Below, piece after piece: positions 48,691-61,012 of a stretch of 64,000 bases of DNA. How positions within the stretch are numbered: the stretch's first letter is position 1; each line of letters begins with the position of its first letter. Location: positions 5,576,258 to 5,640,257 of the forward strand of contig MU060042.1 in assembly GCA_013265495.1 (NCBI GenBank), written 5' to 3'. The notes below the pieces were generated by a model. The model did no database searches, had not been told where the DNA came from, and saw nothing but the letters and a program-made list of their open reading frames with translations. The DNA comes from Vicugna vicugna (lineage: Eukaryota). Made by a program: the position numbers and the translations under genes.

Positions 48691-51600
48691 CGGGTCACAC
48701 CTCATAAAGCTGTTGCTGAGGTAACGACAAACCCCGACTCTCCCACAGCCTCGCAGGGCGACCGTTATCAGCTGACCTGCAGCCACGCGGCCTGTCTGGA
48801 ATGCGCGGCAAGCGAGCTTCCTCATGCATTAAACATAGGCCTGGAAACGCCGCTGACGGGCGCCTGGAAGGAGCGCAGGTGTTACCATCACCCAGGTGAG
48901 AGCTGTACAAGGTAACAACCGGACGGTTCACTGAAGCAGCAAATGGGTCGTCTGGGAGCACGGGCAGTCCCCGCAGGGCGCCGGCGCCGGCACCGGCGCC
49001 GGGTCCTGAGAGCCTGGGAGGCAGGGACCCCGCACAGGCCGCGCCAAACACAGACGCGCTGTGGCCCAGTGTGCACACCGGCCCCCGGCGTCGCCCCGGC
49101 GCATGGAGGACTTGGGAGCCAGGAGGCAGCGGGCCCCGCTCTGTCTGACAGGCAGCTGGTCCATACAAAGAAGGATAAAATGAGCAACGGGAACTCTCTG
49201 ACTTCATCAAATCTGGGCGAATGGTGCACCACCATCTTCTACGAAGGCCGATTTGGCCTCCCCTGGGCGCCACCCCCGGGCGGAAGCGGAGAGCCGGGCA
49301 GAGGCTCGGGCCACTTGGCCACCGGGGTGCACGGCCGGCTGCTAGGCGCTGCCCGCAGCCCCGCGCCCTCCGAGCCCTCAGTGGACCTGCAGCCCCAGGG
49401 GGAGAGGACAGAGAAAGGGCAGCGGCTTCTGCCTGGTAGACGTGTGTCTGAATCCTGCTCGGGGGCGTGGGCATGGTGTGGACGCTGAGAAAGGTCCATG
49501 AGCTTCTTTGCTGTGACCAGGGACAAGAGTCAGGTGACTGAGAAGAGGCAGAGGGGTGCGCTGAGGACGCAGGCACGGGGGGCGGGGCACGCCCGATGGC
49601 CGTGTGCCCCAGGGGAGAACGCAAGGGCCCGCGAGGAGGAGTGGAGGCGAGGCCGCGGGGCGCCTGCCCCGTTCCGCCTGACGGCCTGCCCGTCCCTGAG
49701 CAGCTGCAGCGAGGCTCTGGTCTGACCTGCGGGCGGGCCCTCCGCCCGCCCACTTGCTCTAAACCAGAGTCCATGCACCGCGGGAGAGAGTCGACGCTGG
49801 AGGAAATCAGAGAAAAGACGGAGCCCCCAGCACTGCTCTCCTCCAACAGTCAGGCTGTGCCCCGGGACACGGCCTCCCCGGTAAAATGGTTGACCTGTAA
49901 GACGTCGGTCCAGAGCCGTGGACACACTGGTGTGAAGAGGCTAAGTCAGCAGGCGTTGGGGATTTTAGCAGAGGCAGCACTGAAATGAGACCCACCGGCA
50001 CTGTCACCGTCCTCTGATCCCACGTTCGACAGGGTCTCTGACCTCCCAACCAGGGAGCAGGCCCACAGCAGTCCCTGCTGATGACCAGCGAGCTGCCTGA
50101 CCGCCTGGCTGACCGATGTTTGCGACTGACTGACCGTCAGGCTCACTAGTCAGACTAGCGAGCCACCCAGGCTGACTGCCCGTCGGGGCCGGCTGACCGC
50201 CGGGACGAGCGCCTGTGCGGGGCCGGCTGCCGGTGTCGGGGCTTCTCGGCCACCCTCCGGATCAGGCACCCTTTCCCTGATGCTCACACCCGAGGCCGCG
50301 GGCCCGCGGGCCCGACGTCGCAGAGGTGGTCCAGGGGCATTAGTTAGCAAAGGGGCGTGTCTCTGGTTCTGAAAACCTCATTCTAAAGAAGCCGGTTTAC
50401 TTCAGGACTTCACACATTTCCGCACAGTCTTCCCCTCCACTCGTCTGTACTCCAGCGTGTCAGCAAGCGTGGAACTCAAGGCACCCCACGCAGCTGGCCT
50501 GCATCGCGCGGGGCCTCTTCCGCGAGCTGCAGAACGAACACGTTTCCTCTGCTCCGCATTTGGCTGATAGACGTTGCTGTGAGCACTGGGGAGTGTGGTT
50601 AAAAATGATCCTCTTTCATTGCAGAGTCTTTAATTTCATGTTTGAGCTCCGCATAAAAATAGCTTGTAATTGCTTTTTGACAGTAATAAGCCTAGGATTG
50701 TGACTCAAAATTCTGAGATATTATGTCCCTTTGTAATTGTATTCAATGAAAATATAGCTCAGTATGGAACTTGCAAAAAACCCAGCTTGTGCAGCTCTTA
50801 CAGTCCTCTGACACCCTTAAAGTTGCAGCGGAAGTTGGCGCACAGGGGGTCCGCGCAGGGTCCAGGCTTGCTTTCTAAGGAAGGTCGCTCCCCCCACGAG
50901 CAGAGCCGTCACTGCAGAAGCTCAGCAGGGAGGGAGGTGGTTTGGAACCTCCACCATGTCTGCGCGCCGGGGAGCCAGCAGCGGCCGGAGCTCTCACTCC
51001 GACTTCAGCCCAAGGAGAAGCCGATCAGAGGCTACGTGCTGCGAAAAAGTGTGTGACGTGAATGAGATGAGGTCAGAGGTTAAAAGCGAAAAGTATGGGA
51101 TGCTTTCCAAGCACAAACTGAGAGCACTACTGCTCTGAGCCCACAGACAGGCCCCCAGAGTTCGTGGGAGGTCCTGAAAATTGAGCAATGTGCTCTTGAG
51201 GGCAGCAGGGATCAGAATATTCCAGAAACTGGAGCAAGGACTCTGTTAATGAAGTTCCGTGAACATCAGCTCTGCACGGACTTTTCCTTTAATCTTTGAT
51301 TGTCACGTTTCCTCCGTAAAACATGGGGACCCAAATGTCTCCCCTTTACCTTCCACTGGGACCCCGGGAGGCCCCAGAACTGGACCCTGCTGCTCTCAGT
51401 TGCGTTAGATCCACAACCCTCCCACCTTCTAGCAGCAAGAAATAACAGAAGTCTTCAGATGCAGGCTGTCATCTGGAAGCGAGGGGAGAGGGGTGTCTAC
51501 AGCTGAAGTCCGGGGATAAAGCACAACTAAACAGTGTTTTCACGGCCAGGGCCTCAGCTGGGACGGGCTGGTCCTCCTCCGACGTCTCATCTCGAAGCCT

Positions 51601-51834
51601 CGGGATCTGTGGCGCATGTTTCAGACTAGGCCCGACGAGCAGGACTCCAGACCGCCGGTCACTGTCACTGGAAACTGAACAGGACAACCAAGGTGCTTCT
51701 TTCTAGGCTTCAGGTCAGCCCGAGGCCCTCCCGTGCTCTCCCCGCGGTGACGCAGGTGCACCACCTCCCCGACGGCCCCCGGGACGCCGCTCGGGGGAGC
51801 TGCTCTCCCCACACCACTCCGCCCCCTACTAGTG

Positions 51835-51930
51835 TCCAGCCACGTAGAATATTCTAGAACACGCTGTTCCTGTCACTCCACCTGCTCAGAACCTTTCCAT
51901 GGCTCCCGCGGTCCTCAGGGCTCCGTCCCA
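51835..51930 (+). mobile_element. Degenerate L2 fragment
   Basis: 'ctgtcactccacctgctcagaacctttccatggctcc' resembles atgtcactcccctgcttaaaacccttcaatggctcc. Confidence 0.4.
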
Positions 51931-52554
51931 GTGGACGGCACAGTCTCACGTCCGCTCCTCACTCACGTGACACGTGAAGCAGCAGGTCACGGTGCTCCCC
52001 CCTCCCGTGCCCGCTGTCCCCTCGCCCTGGGGCTGAAGTGTGGGCGGGCCGGGCAGAGAGCGGGCTCTGACTCAGACTGTCAGGGTCCAAAGGCCCCACC
52101 TTGCTAGTGAGTGACCGCGGACAAGGTACACCGCCCGTGTGCCCATCCTGGGCACATCTGGCACCAGCTGGTAAGGGTGACCGTTGCTGACGTGTAGAAT
52201 GTGGTCCGACTGGCCGGCAAAGCCACCTGGGCAGCCCCGACCCACCTGAGGGGGAAGCAGGTGAAGCCGGCTGTCGCCCTGGTGCAGGAGGGGCCCCACG
52301 GTGGGCATCTGCCTCCCTGGCCTACAGACCCCGGGGGCCTGGTGTACCCACGAAACTTCACTGCTCCAAACATAAACGCCCCACTGTCCCAGGATCTGTT
52401 GCCGTCAAAGGCCCAAGACCCTAGCCTTCCCCTCAGCCCTGCCTGCGCTCAGCCTGGCTGCACGTGGTCTCTGTGGAGGCAGCCTCGATGCGGCATCGCG
52501 ACTGCGAGGGCTCCTGGACGGGCAGGCGGTGGAGTGGCTTGGGCGGGGCCTGGT

Positions 52555-52640
52555 GTGGGCTTGTGTGTGTGTGTGTATGTGTGGGTTTGGATGTGTCAGG
52601 GGGTGGATGTGGGTGGATGTGTGTGTGTGTGTGGATGTGG
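52555..52640. repeat. (GT)/(GGAT) low-complexity repeat
   Basis: Directly visible. Confidence 0.85.
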
Positions 52641-53154
52641 GGGTGCCTTTTCTTTGGGGGACCAGGGCAGGAGCCCTGGAACTGCCTCTCACAACATGAC
52701 AGCCCCCTGAGGGGCACTGACCAGGCACGAGGTCCAGGGGCCACATCGGCACCAGATGGACGTTTGAGGCAGGTGGTGACCAGAGCTGCGACCCCTGCCC
52801 TGGGTTTTCGCCCAGCCGGTGTATGAGTCACTGTCACGCAGAATGAGCAAGGCGATGAGGGAACACCTGAGGTTTTCAGCAGCAGATTCAAACCCCAGCC
52901 AGAAGCAGCAAGCTCACCCACGGGCCCGGTGCTGGAAGGAGACACACAGACTGACCCTCCAGAGCCTCGGGGCCTCAGCGTCACTGTCACTAGCTCAGGG
53001 AACACCACTGTGTCCTGCAAAGGGAGTCAGAGTCACAGGGGCCTCAGCGTCCAGACCCAGTGACAGGACAGCAGCATGCAGCGGCCTGTCCACCGAGAAG
53101 CCGTTTCACAGCAAGCTCCCCACCTGCCAACGGAGATAACACCAAGATGATCTG

Positions 53155-53290
53155 TTTTTTATTTATTTATATTTATGTGGGGGAAGTAATTTATTTACCT
53201 CATTTATTTATTTTTAGAGGGAGTGCTGGGGACTGAGCCCAGGACCTCGGCAGGCCTAGCAAGTGCTCTACCCCGAGCTGTCCCCTCCCC
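53155..53290 (-). mobile_element. tRNA-derived camelid-type (vic-1-like) SINE, long form
   Basis: The reverse complement reads ggggaggggacagctcggggtagagcacttgctaggcctgccgaggtcctgggctcagtccccagcac...aaataaataaatgaggtaaataaattacttccccc...aaataaataaaaaa. Confidence 0.85.
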
Positions 53291-55604
53291 TCAAAGGAGA
53301 CTGCACAGCCTGAACCTGGGAAGGACAGAGGGACACGAGAAGTGTCCTACGGGCAAGGAAGACCCAGCGAACACGGACCAACCCCTTCAGTCCCCGCACC
53401 CTGGGCTGCGGGCGGACTCCCTGCTGTCACCGCGGGCTGGGCGTCCCGGAAACAGAGCAAGTGTGGGGACAAACAGCACAGGACGTGGAAGCTCCGACAG
53501 CGCCTTCAGTGAGAGGCAAACCAAATGTTGGCAGTTTAGCCAGAAATCGGGGAAGCGTGGTGTGAAACAGTACAAACGAACAGAAACTACTTAAAACGTA
53601 AAAACTGTGCTGAAGAAAACAGGACGAACACGACTGAGGTGTGCGGGATCTGGAGGGCCGCCATGGGAGCGGGGACATCACGGTGGCTTCAGTCTGTCCC
53701 AGTGACATCTGGGGATAGTCGTTCACTTTGGGAACAAATCAGAGAAGGAAAACCAAAGTTTAGCAGGTGTGACATATTGATGTCAATTTGGTTAGAAAAA
53801 AAAACTTGGGAGAGAAACGTAAATGGCTCAGTGAGGAGCAACCAGAAAAGCTGTGCTACCATAACATGAGTGAGTCTCTGGGGCAGGACCCCCCACCCGA
53901 CAGGAGGTTGGGTGCAGCCGCCAGGCCGGCAGACGGCGGGGATGAATCTGAGCCCCCACGTCGGCACCGGACGCCAGAACCTTCTTGAGAAAGGCTGTTC
54001 GTCTGCTTAATTGTCTTCTCGGGGAAGAAGAAAGAAGTCCGTCATTTCCACCAGCTTTGACGTGGACCAAATGAGCCCTAAGACCAGACTCCGGAAGAAT
54101 CTGGCACGTGAGCCTGGGGGCCGGACCCGTCACCTTCGGTTCTTTTCCGTCGCCGGTGGCTCCGTTGCTGTTTCATGGCGCTGATGTCTCTCCCTCCTGC
54201 AGCTCAGGACGCCCCGCGCTTGCTTAGGACCAAGGACTGCAAGTTGTGCTTAAGGACACAAAATAGAGGGTCCGGGAGGGCATCCTGTTTGAAGGAGAGA
54301 TTGCTTTCCGTCTGTTCACTTTTTGGTGACTGAGGTCTCCTTTCAAGGTGTTCCTATCGGGGATGGTAATAAAATATTTGATGCATGTGTCTGTGGTTGG
54401 TCTACAATTAGACATCCAGGTGACGTGGAATTCAAAACAATATAAATTCTAGTCTTTGTTTAATTTAACATTTTCCTTAATTTCTGCCACCATATTGATC
54501 TTTTCCACAGTCTGTTGGGCTTTTATGATATTAAACTGAGTTTAAAAGACGGTTTCTATACTAAAACGTACGAGAAACACATTTGGGTGACGTGCACCAA
54601 CATTCCGCGGCCTCAGCATCGCGCAGCTGCGTATTATAAACCTGAAGTTCTGTCGATGTTTAGGATACAATGTAACTCACGGATGAAAACAGATTTAGCA
54701 TGTACATAATAAATCTGCTTTTAACGTTTTTTTAATCATTGTTACTGTTTTCCAGGAATTTGAAGCTCCTACGGTTCCGTGCAAGTAACTCATCATGAAA
54801 TTTGGTGGGAAGCTACCACCCCCGGGGATGGAGAGGCGTTTGAGACCGTGATGCCTGGGGCCGGGCATCCGCGGTTGGGACAACAGCCCGGAGGGCAGGA
54901 TGGGCGCTGGGTCGGCTCCTTCCCATCACAGCCGAGTCGGCTGCTGCCACTGCTGTCACTCCTCCTGTTCCTCCCCACCCCCCGCAGAGCTTCACTGCAA
55001 AGAGGTGCCTGATGAATTTACAGAGTGATTAACTACTGATCTCGTTAGCTACTCCCACAAGCGCAGAAAGCACCACTCTTTTTTAAAATATATGGGGCAT
55101 CCAGATGGGAGGCAACCCGCATCCAGCACGGGCTGCCAGCCACCCTCACTCCCCTAGACCCACGATGGGGGAGCAGGGGTGGTGGGACTCAGCGTGGACC
55201 TCATTAGGTGCCAGAATGATGATACCTGGTGACACAAAGCGCCTGGGCCCCAGTGTGGATGGAGGCCCAGAGCAGGACAGGGCAGGAGCTGAGACCCCAG
55301 AGTGGCCCAGAGAGAACCTGCACGGGGCCCCTCCTGCCCTGACATCGGCCCGGACGGACAGTGACAGGGGTGCAGGGCTGCAGCAGGCGGGCTAAGAGAG
55401 GGCAGGGGCACCCTCCCCAGGCACCCCTCTGGCCACACGCACGGGGCAGCCGTATCAAAGAGTGACCATGCCCGGGTCAGACCTGCGGGCTGAGGTTCCA
55501 GGAAGCCCTGGGCTCTCCCCAGCTGGGCTCCCATCACCCCAAGTCTCCGGGAAGAGGTCTGCCTTGTTTTGATCCCCGGGACCACCTGAGGCGTGTGCAC
55601 CCTG

Positions 55605-55850
55605 AGAACAACTTCACTGCTGTATAGCGTGGGGAACTACACTCAGTTTCTTGTAATGAACCAGAATGGGACAGACAGTGAGAATACATATATGTGTATG
55701 TGTGTGTACACCTGAGTCACTCTGCTGGCCACTTGAAACTAGCATTGTAAATCAACTACACTTCAGGAAGAAAAGAATATTTTAAAATACTTTTAAAAAT
55801 TAAGAATAAACTTTAAAAAATAAAATAAATAAAATTTACAAAAGGAGCCA
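55605..55850 (+). mobile_element. L1 3' end fragment with degenerate A-rich tail
   Basis: 'ctgtatagcgtggggaactacactcagtttcttgtaatgaacc...ctgagtcactctgctg...cattgtaaatcaactacacttca'. Confidence 0.8.
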
Positions 55851-56643
55851 TTTTGGGAAAACGCTCACCGCTGGGCTCTTCAGCCAGTGTCTCATCATCT
55901 GTCTGCAGGATGTGCTTCAAGTGGAGACAAAATTCTACCTGAATATCACCTTTGAAATTAAAGTTTCCAGAGCCTTCCGTTGAAATTTATGTCAAATTAA
56001 TTTCTGGGACTCAATGAAGCTTAAAATGAATTCATAATGAGGTGCACTTAAGACGTACACATGGGGGTTTGGTGGGGCTGATCAAAGAGGTCCCCTTCCT
56101 GCCATTAACTCTAATTTCCTGATTATGACACATCTTACCTCAGCACAACACATAATCTAAGAAATGATATGCTTCTGCAATTACCGTACATGCAGAACAT
56201 GAGCAGACGGAAGGTGAATATTGCTACATTATTATTATCATTATTAGTTAATTGCACATCAACAATGTGCACACTTACATGGGACGGAATGAAGAGAGAG
56301 GTCCAGTGTTGGAGATTTATATTTTCATCCAGACATACTTATAATTCCAGTATAACACGTGCAAAACCTGAGAAAATGATTTTCTCAAAAGCGCCAGGCT
56401 TCCTGCACTGTGTGCCGACGGTTCCTGACGATGCCGTCACACTTCCGGGTGTCGACAGAGTGATACTTAAGAAATTCTTCTTTCCAGTTCTCCCGTGAGA
56501 CATACAAGTGGCCAAGAGGCACATGAAAACATGCTCAATATACTAATTATCAGAGAAACACAAGCCAGAACTACAGTGAGGTATCACCTCACACTGGTCA
56601 GAATGGCCATCATTCAAAAGTCCACAAATGATAAACGCTGGAG

Positions 56644-56794
56644 NNNNNNNNNNNNNNNNNNNNNNNNNNNNNNNNNNNNNNNNNNNNNNNNNNNNNNNNN
56701 NNNNNNNNNNNNNNNNNNNNNNNNNNNNNNNNNNNNNNNNNNNNNNNNNNNNNNNNNNNNNNNNNNNNNNNNNNNNNNNNNNNNNNNNNNNNNN
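56644..56794. other. N run (151 nt) inside the L1
   Basis: Directly visible. Confidence 0.98.
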
Positions 56795-56817
56795 GAGCTC
56801 TAATTCGAAAAGATACA

Positions 56818-57005
56818 NNNNNNNNNNNNNNNNNNNNNNNNNNNNNNNNNNNNNNNNNNNNNNNNNNNNNNNNNNNNNNNNNNNNNNNNNNNNNNNNNNN
56901 NNNNNNNNNNNNNNNNNNNNNNNNNNNNNNNNNNNNNNNNNNNNNNNNNNNNNNNNNNNNNNNNNNNNNNNNNNNNNNNNNNNNNNNNNNNNNNNNNNNN
57001 NNNNN
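56818..57005. other. N run (188 nt) inside the L1
   Basis: Directly visible. Confidence 0.98.
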
Positions 57006-57625
57006 AAGTGAAGTAAGTCAGACAGAGAAAGAAAAATACCATATGATACCACTTATACGTGAAATCAAAAAAAAGACAAACATACTTATTTACAAAACAG
57101 AAACAGACTCACAGACAGAAAACAAACTTATGGTTATCAAGCAGGGTGGAGGGTGGGAAGGGATAAATTGGGAGTTCAGGATTCGCAGATACTAACTACT
57201 ATATATAAGATAGATAAACCACGAGTTTATACTGTGCAGCACCGGGAACTATACTTAATACCTTGTAGTGACCTCTAATGAAAAAGAATCTGAAAGCAAA
57301 TATATATACATATATATGTGTGACTGAACTATTATGCTGCACACCACAAATTGACACAATGTTGTAAACTGACTATACTTCAATTTTTTTTAAGAAAATC
57401 AGATAAATAAATAAATAAGATTTGGCTTTCGTGCAGAGTAAAGTATTTTCCATTCTTCCTATGCAAATATTAAAAACTTTAAAAGTGTACTTTAAATAAA
57501 TTCAGCTCCTTCAGCAAATAAAATGCTGAGTGCTATGAGGGTATTGAAAAGTGTGCGCAATTTCCTAACCCACTTTTCATGTGTAGATACCTTGATTTCG
57601 TGATTATTAGGTTTGAGCTGAGAAG

Positions 57626-57635
57626 CTAAAAATAG
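57626..57635. promoter_or_regulatory. Perfect MEF2 consensus motif (binding unproven)
   Basis: CTAAAAATAG matches YTA(W)4TAR. Confidence 0.3.
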
Positions 57636-59558
57636 GCTATTATTTAACTTCGATCAAATACAGACTCCTAACGATGTAAGCCAAGATCCACGTTCCTGTG
57701 CGTCCACCTTCCTGAACGACGCACGTTCAGCCGGAAACAGACAAACGCCAGCGTCTGCGGGCGCAGTGCAGCTCCGCAGGCCGCTTCATTCCGTCACCAT
57801 TTGGAGAAAGCGCCCGGCGAAGAGACTCTCGCTACCCCCGGACAGAAGCGGCAGGAATGACTGCATCTGAGCTGCCCCATGAAACACACGTCCCCGGCCT
57901 GCGCTGCCAGCTGCGCCTCGGGGCGACACGCCCCCCAGAAGCAGGCTGTGGGAAGCAGATGGCCGCTGCTGTAGAGACGTGTGGGCGAAAAGCCCACATT
58001 CAACGGGAAACACGACGTCCTCCCTGACAGGAATGACCGATGTGTTCCTCCAGCATCCGGACTGCGCTTGCACCGAACGATCCTGCGACAGCGCAAAGTT
58101 GCTCACCTGCTTCTGTTTACATCTGTGGATCCAGTGTCACTCTGATAAATAACAGAGAAAACTCAATCACGGTCTCATCACACAGAAATTTCACAAGACA
58201 GATGTGAGTCTTGGACATGACCACACAGCACCGGCGCTGACCGCTGGGACGCTCACAGCCGAGCTGCCCACCATCCCCCCCGGAGGAAGGGTCCCTGCCC
58301 CTCCATCCCAGACGCTTCTGCTGCACTGCCCCTCATGCTGCTGCTCTGTCCTTGTTTTTAATGTTTTGCTGTTTTAGACAAAAGATCAAATTCTTTTTTG
58401 GAAGAAGTCACAATATAAATACATACACAATTAGCTAAACAAAGCTTTAAATGCTCTTTCCTCTCTACCAAGTATATAAAACTGCTGAATTTTTTGATTA
58501 ACTAGATGAACCAGATCTTCATTCCCATCCTTTAAAATACGTAAAATCGAAATTATTAAATGTTGAATCAGATGTCTATAAAACATAATATCAGCTCGCT
58601 TCATTAAGTGTTCAATCAGGCATTCATAAAATTTCACTGCTTCTGAGAACAATTCGGACTTTGGTTAGACAGTCTCACATCCAAGGATGCCTGAGCCGGC
58701 ACCAGCATTGCCAAGAAACCCGGTCAATTCTCATTCAAACCAGGTACCACATTTTGAAAAATGATTGACCCTTACATAGTTACAAATTAAAATGTCATGA
58801 TTTCTAGGCACCAGAACACGAGCCTGGGGCGGGGGGAATAAAAAGCCATGGCTCGCTGAGATATCACACCCACGAAGTCAGCGACGTGGGGCGTAAAGTA
58901 TTTACATGCCTACCAGTTGCGGTGAAATGACTGTCTGGACAGCTCCTCCTGACTGTCCCCGGCCGCCCCAGGCCCTCCCGGGCCTGCCCCCAGGCCCCCT
59001 GGACTGCCCCAGCCTGCCGGATGTGGAGCCAAGCCTGGGAATTGGTGGCAAAGAAAAGCCTCATTTTTAACAATTATTTTCTGCAGCAACAAGACAGATA
59101 TTTGCCCAAAACATTCTTAAAACAGAAGCCAGGAAAAATATGCTTCCAAAACCAGCCTGCAATTATAACAGATAACAACAAAAATCGGCCAGGGAAATGT
59201 TCTCTGATACTTCCAAATCTTGAGCGTTTGGGTTTTTTGGTTTTTTTTTCTTCTTCCATCCAGTGGCAGAACTGCTGGAAGTACTCTCCACCTGAAGCGG
59301 CGCTAGTTGCTTCTCCCCACCCGACGAGAAGAGAACAGAAGTAAAGGGCTGTGAGGGCCGCATCTCCGAGTTCAGCTGAGGGTTTCAGACCCTAAGCGCC
59401 CCACCTGCCACCCCGAGCCTCTGCCCCGTGGGACCACGGCAGGGCAGCTCTGTGCACACCGCAGCAGGTGGCCGGCCAGCAGCTCACATCAGGAACCACT
59501 CCAGACGGCACACTCCTTCCCTGGTAAAGCACGCGGCTCCGCAGGGAGGCTGCTGTGG

Positions 59559-59899
59559 TGCTGTGGTCTCAGCGCTGGTGCCCCGACACTCACTGCTGAA
59601 CTCCTAACCCCCAAGGCAACGCCAAGACAAGGCAGGGTGTTCGGGAGGCGATCAGGTCGTGAGGCTGGAGCCTCATGGTGGGATTAGTGCTCTCACAAAA
59701 GAGATCCAGAGGGACCCTCCCCACAACCCCACGGGAGGGTAGGACAAGGTGTCCGATTCCGGAAGAGGTCTTGGCTGCCCATGCGGGCACTCTGATCTCA
59801 GGCTCCAGCCCCCAGAGCTGTGAGCTGTTACAGCTGGCAAGTGCTGGCAAGCGCCCAGTCCCTGCTGCTCCGTTACTGCAGCCTGAACGGACTGAGACG
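59559..59899 (+). mobile_element. MLT1A-type ERVL-MaLR solo LTR
   Basis: Starts tgctgtggtc, contains 'gatcaggtcgtgaggctggagcctcatggtgggattagtgctctcacaaaagag' and 'ctctgatctcaggctccagcccccagagctgtgag', and ends gactgagacg. Putative 5-bp TSD tgtgg/tgggg. Confidence 0.85.
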
Positions 59900-60944
59900 T
59901 GGGGTTACGAAGCTCTTTCACTGAAGATACCAAAATCAGGGTTTCAGGAGACTTGTGTTAAAATTTGAAAACTCACTGGAGAGCTGGTCCTTCAGATCCA
60001 CTGCTAACATCTCAGCAGAATTTCCACACAACGTTCCAACAGGGAGCCCAGGAGGACAACCTGTCCCCGAAGAAACAAACTGGCACGTTTTGATGATGGA
60101 AAACGAGGAAAGGCACCTGGCCCTGGATCTGCCCTGGGAGACAGTCCAGGAGAGAAATCAGCAGCCCACACATGGCGGGGCCACATTTTCCTTTTCTCTC
60201 CTGCTGCCAGGAGGCTCCAGGCTCGGCAGTCACAGCTCTTAAGTGCCTAAATAAGTGGCTTATGCCCCTTTCCCTGGGCCAGGAGCTCTGAGCTGGGGCC
60301 CAGGGATCCAGAGCATGTGCAGGGTGTGAAGCTGTACGGTGCAGCCCTCCCGCCAGGAGCCTGGGCCACCCCACGGCACCTACCTGTCCCAGCACTGCTC
60401 CCATATGGTGGGTGGGCACAGAGGGCTCTGGACCCTGGAGCCCAGGGCAAGACCCTCACACAGGCCGTCTCTGCTCCCCGCCTTCCCTCCTCCTTTACCT
60501 GTCACAGGAGTCCACCCTCCCCCCAGTAAAGTTTCTAGTGTCCTCTTCCCAGGTGACCTGGATGATTCAGGTGGGGACCTGTCTTCATATTCACCAACCT
60601 CCACAGAGGTTCCAAACGACCCTGGATTTGGGGAGCAGACAGGGAGCGACCCAGTGCCCGAGTCCGCATCCACGGCAGAAACCACAATTCCGCTCCCATT
60701 TCCGGACACTCAGCACAAAACTTGCTGCAGATGGCGCGAAGTACTGACGTCCAGGACGCAGACGTCATGGCGGCAGCTGGGCTGGCCGCAGGTCATGCCA
60801 TCGAACCGCGGATTAAAAGCACGGACAGTGCCTTTGTGTGCTCAAGTGCGTACTGCGTCTTGTTCCCAGTGTTTTGATAACTGCATTTCAGTATAATTTG
60901 TTTTCTTCGAACTGGTATGTATTTCATTTTGCGCATTTGGGGGC

Positions 60945-61012
60945 TTTTTTTGTTTTACTGAAGTGTGGTTATTTACAATGCTAGTTTCAGGTGTACTGCA
61001 AAGCGATTTATT
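60945..61012 (-). mobile_element. L1 3' tip
   Basis: 'ttttactgaagtgtggttatttacaatgctagtttcaggtgtactgcaaagcgatt' is an antisense L1 terminus. Confidence 0.7.

Larger units (their letters stand above)
56497..57419 (+). mobile_element. 5'-truncated L1: ORF2 C-terminal region plus 3' UTR, partly N-masked
   Basis: The translation IIRETQARTTVRYHLTLVRMAIIQKSTNDKRW resembles the L1 ORF2p C-terminal region (IREMQIKTTMRYHLTPVRMAIIKK). It is followed by a typical 3' UTR and an A-rich tail. Confidence 0.93.

Noticed and set aside
48695-49846. 383-aa minus ORF and 181-aa plus ORF; GEWCTTIFYEG vaguely resembles the SMAD MH2 WCSIAYYE motif
   Set aside because: Only a few residues are similar and the surrounding sequence has no MH2 character. 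Long ORFs are expected in CpG-rich DNA.
57456-57465. ttcctatgca matches the first 10 nt of miR-202-5p
   Set aside because: The match stops at 10 nt, and there is no complementary arm or hairpin.
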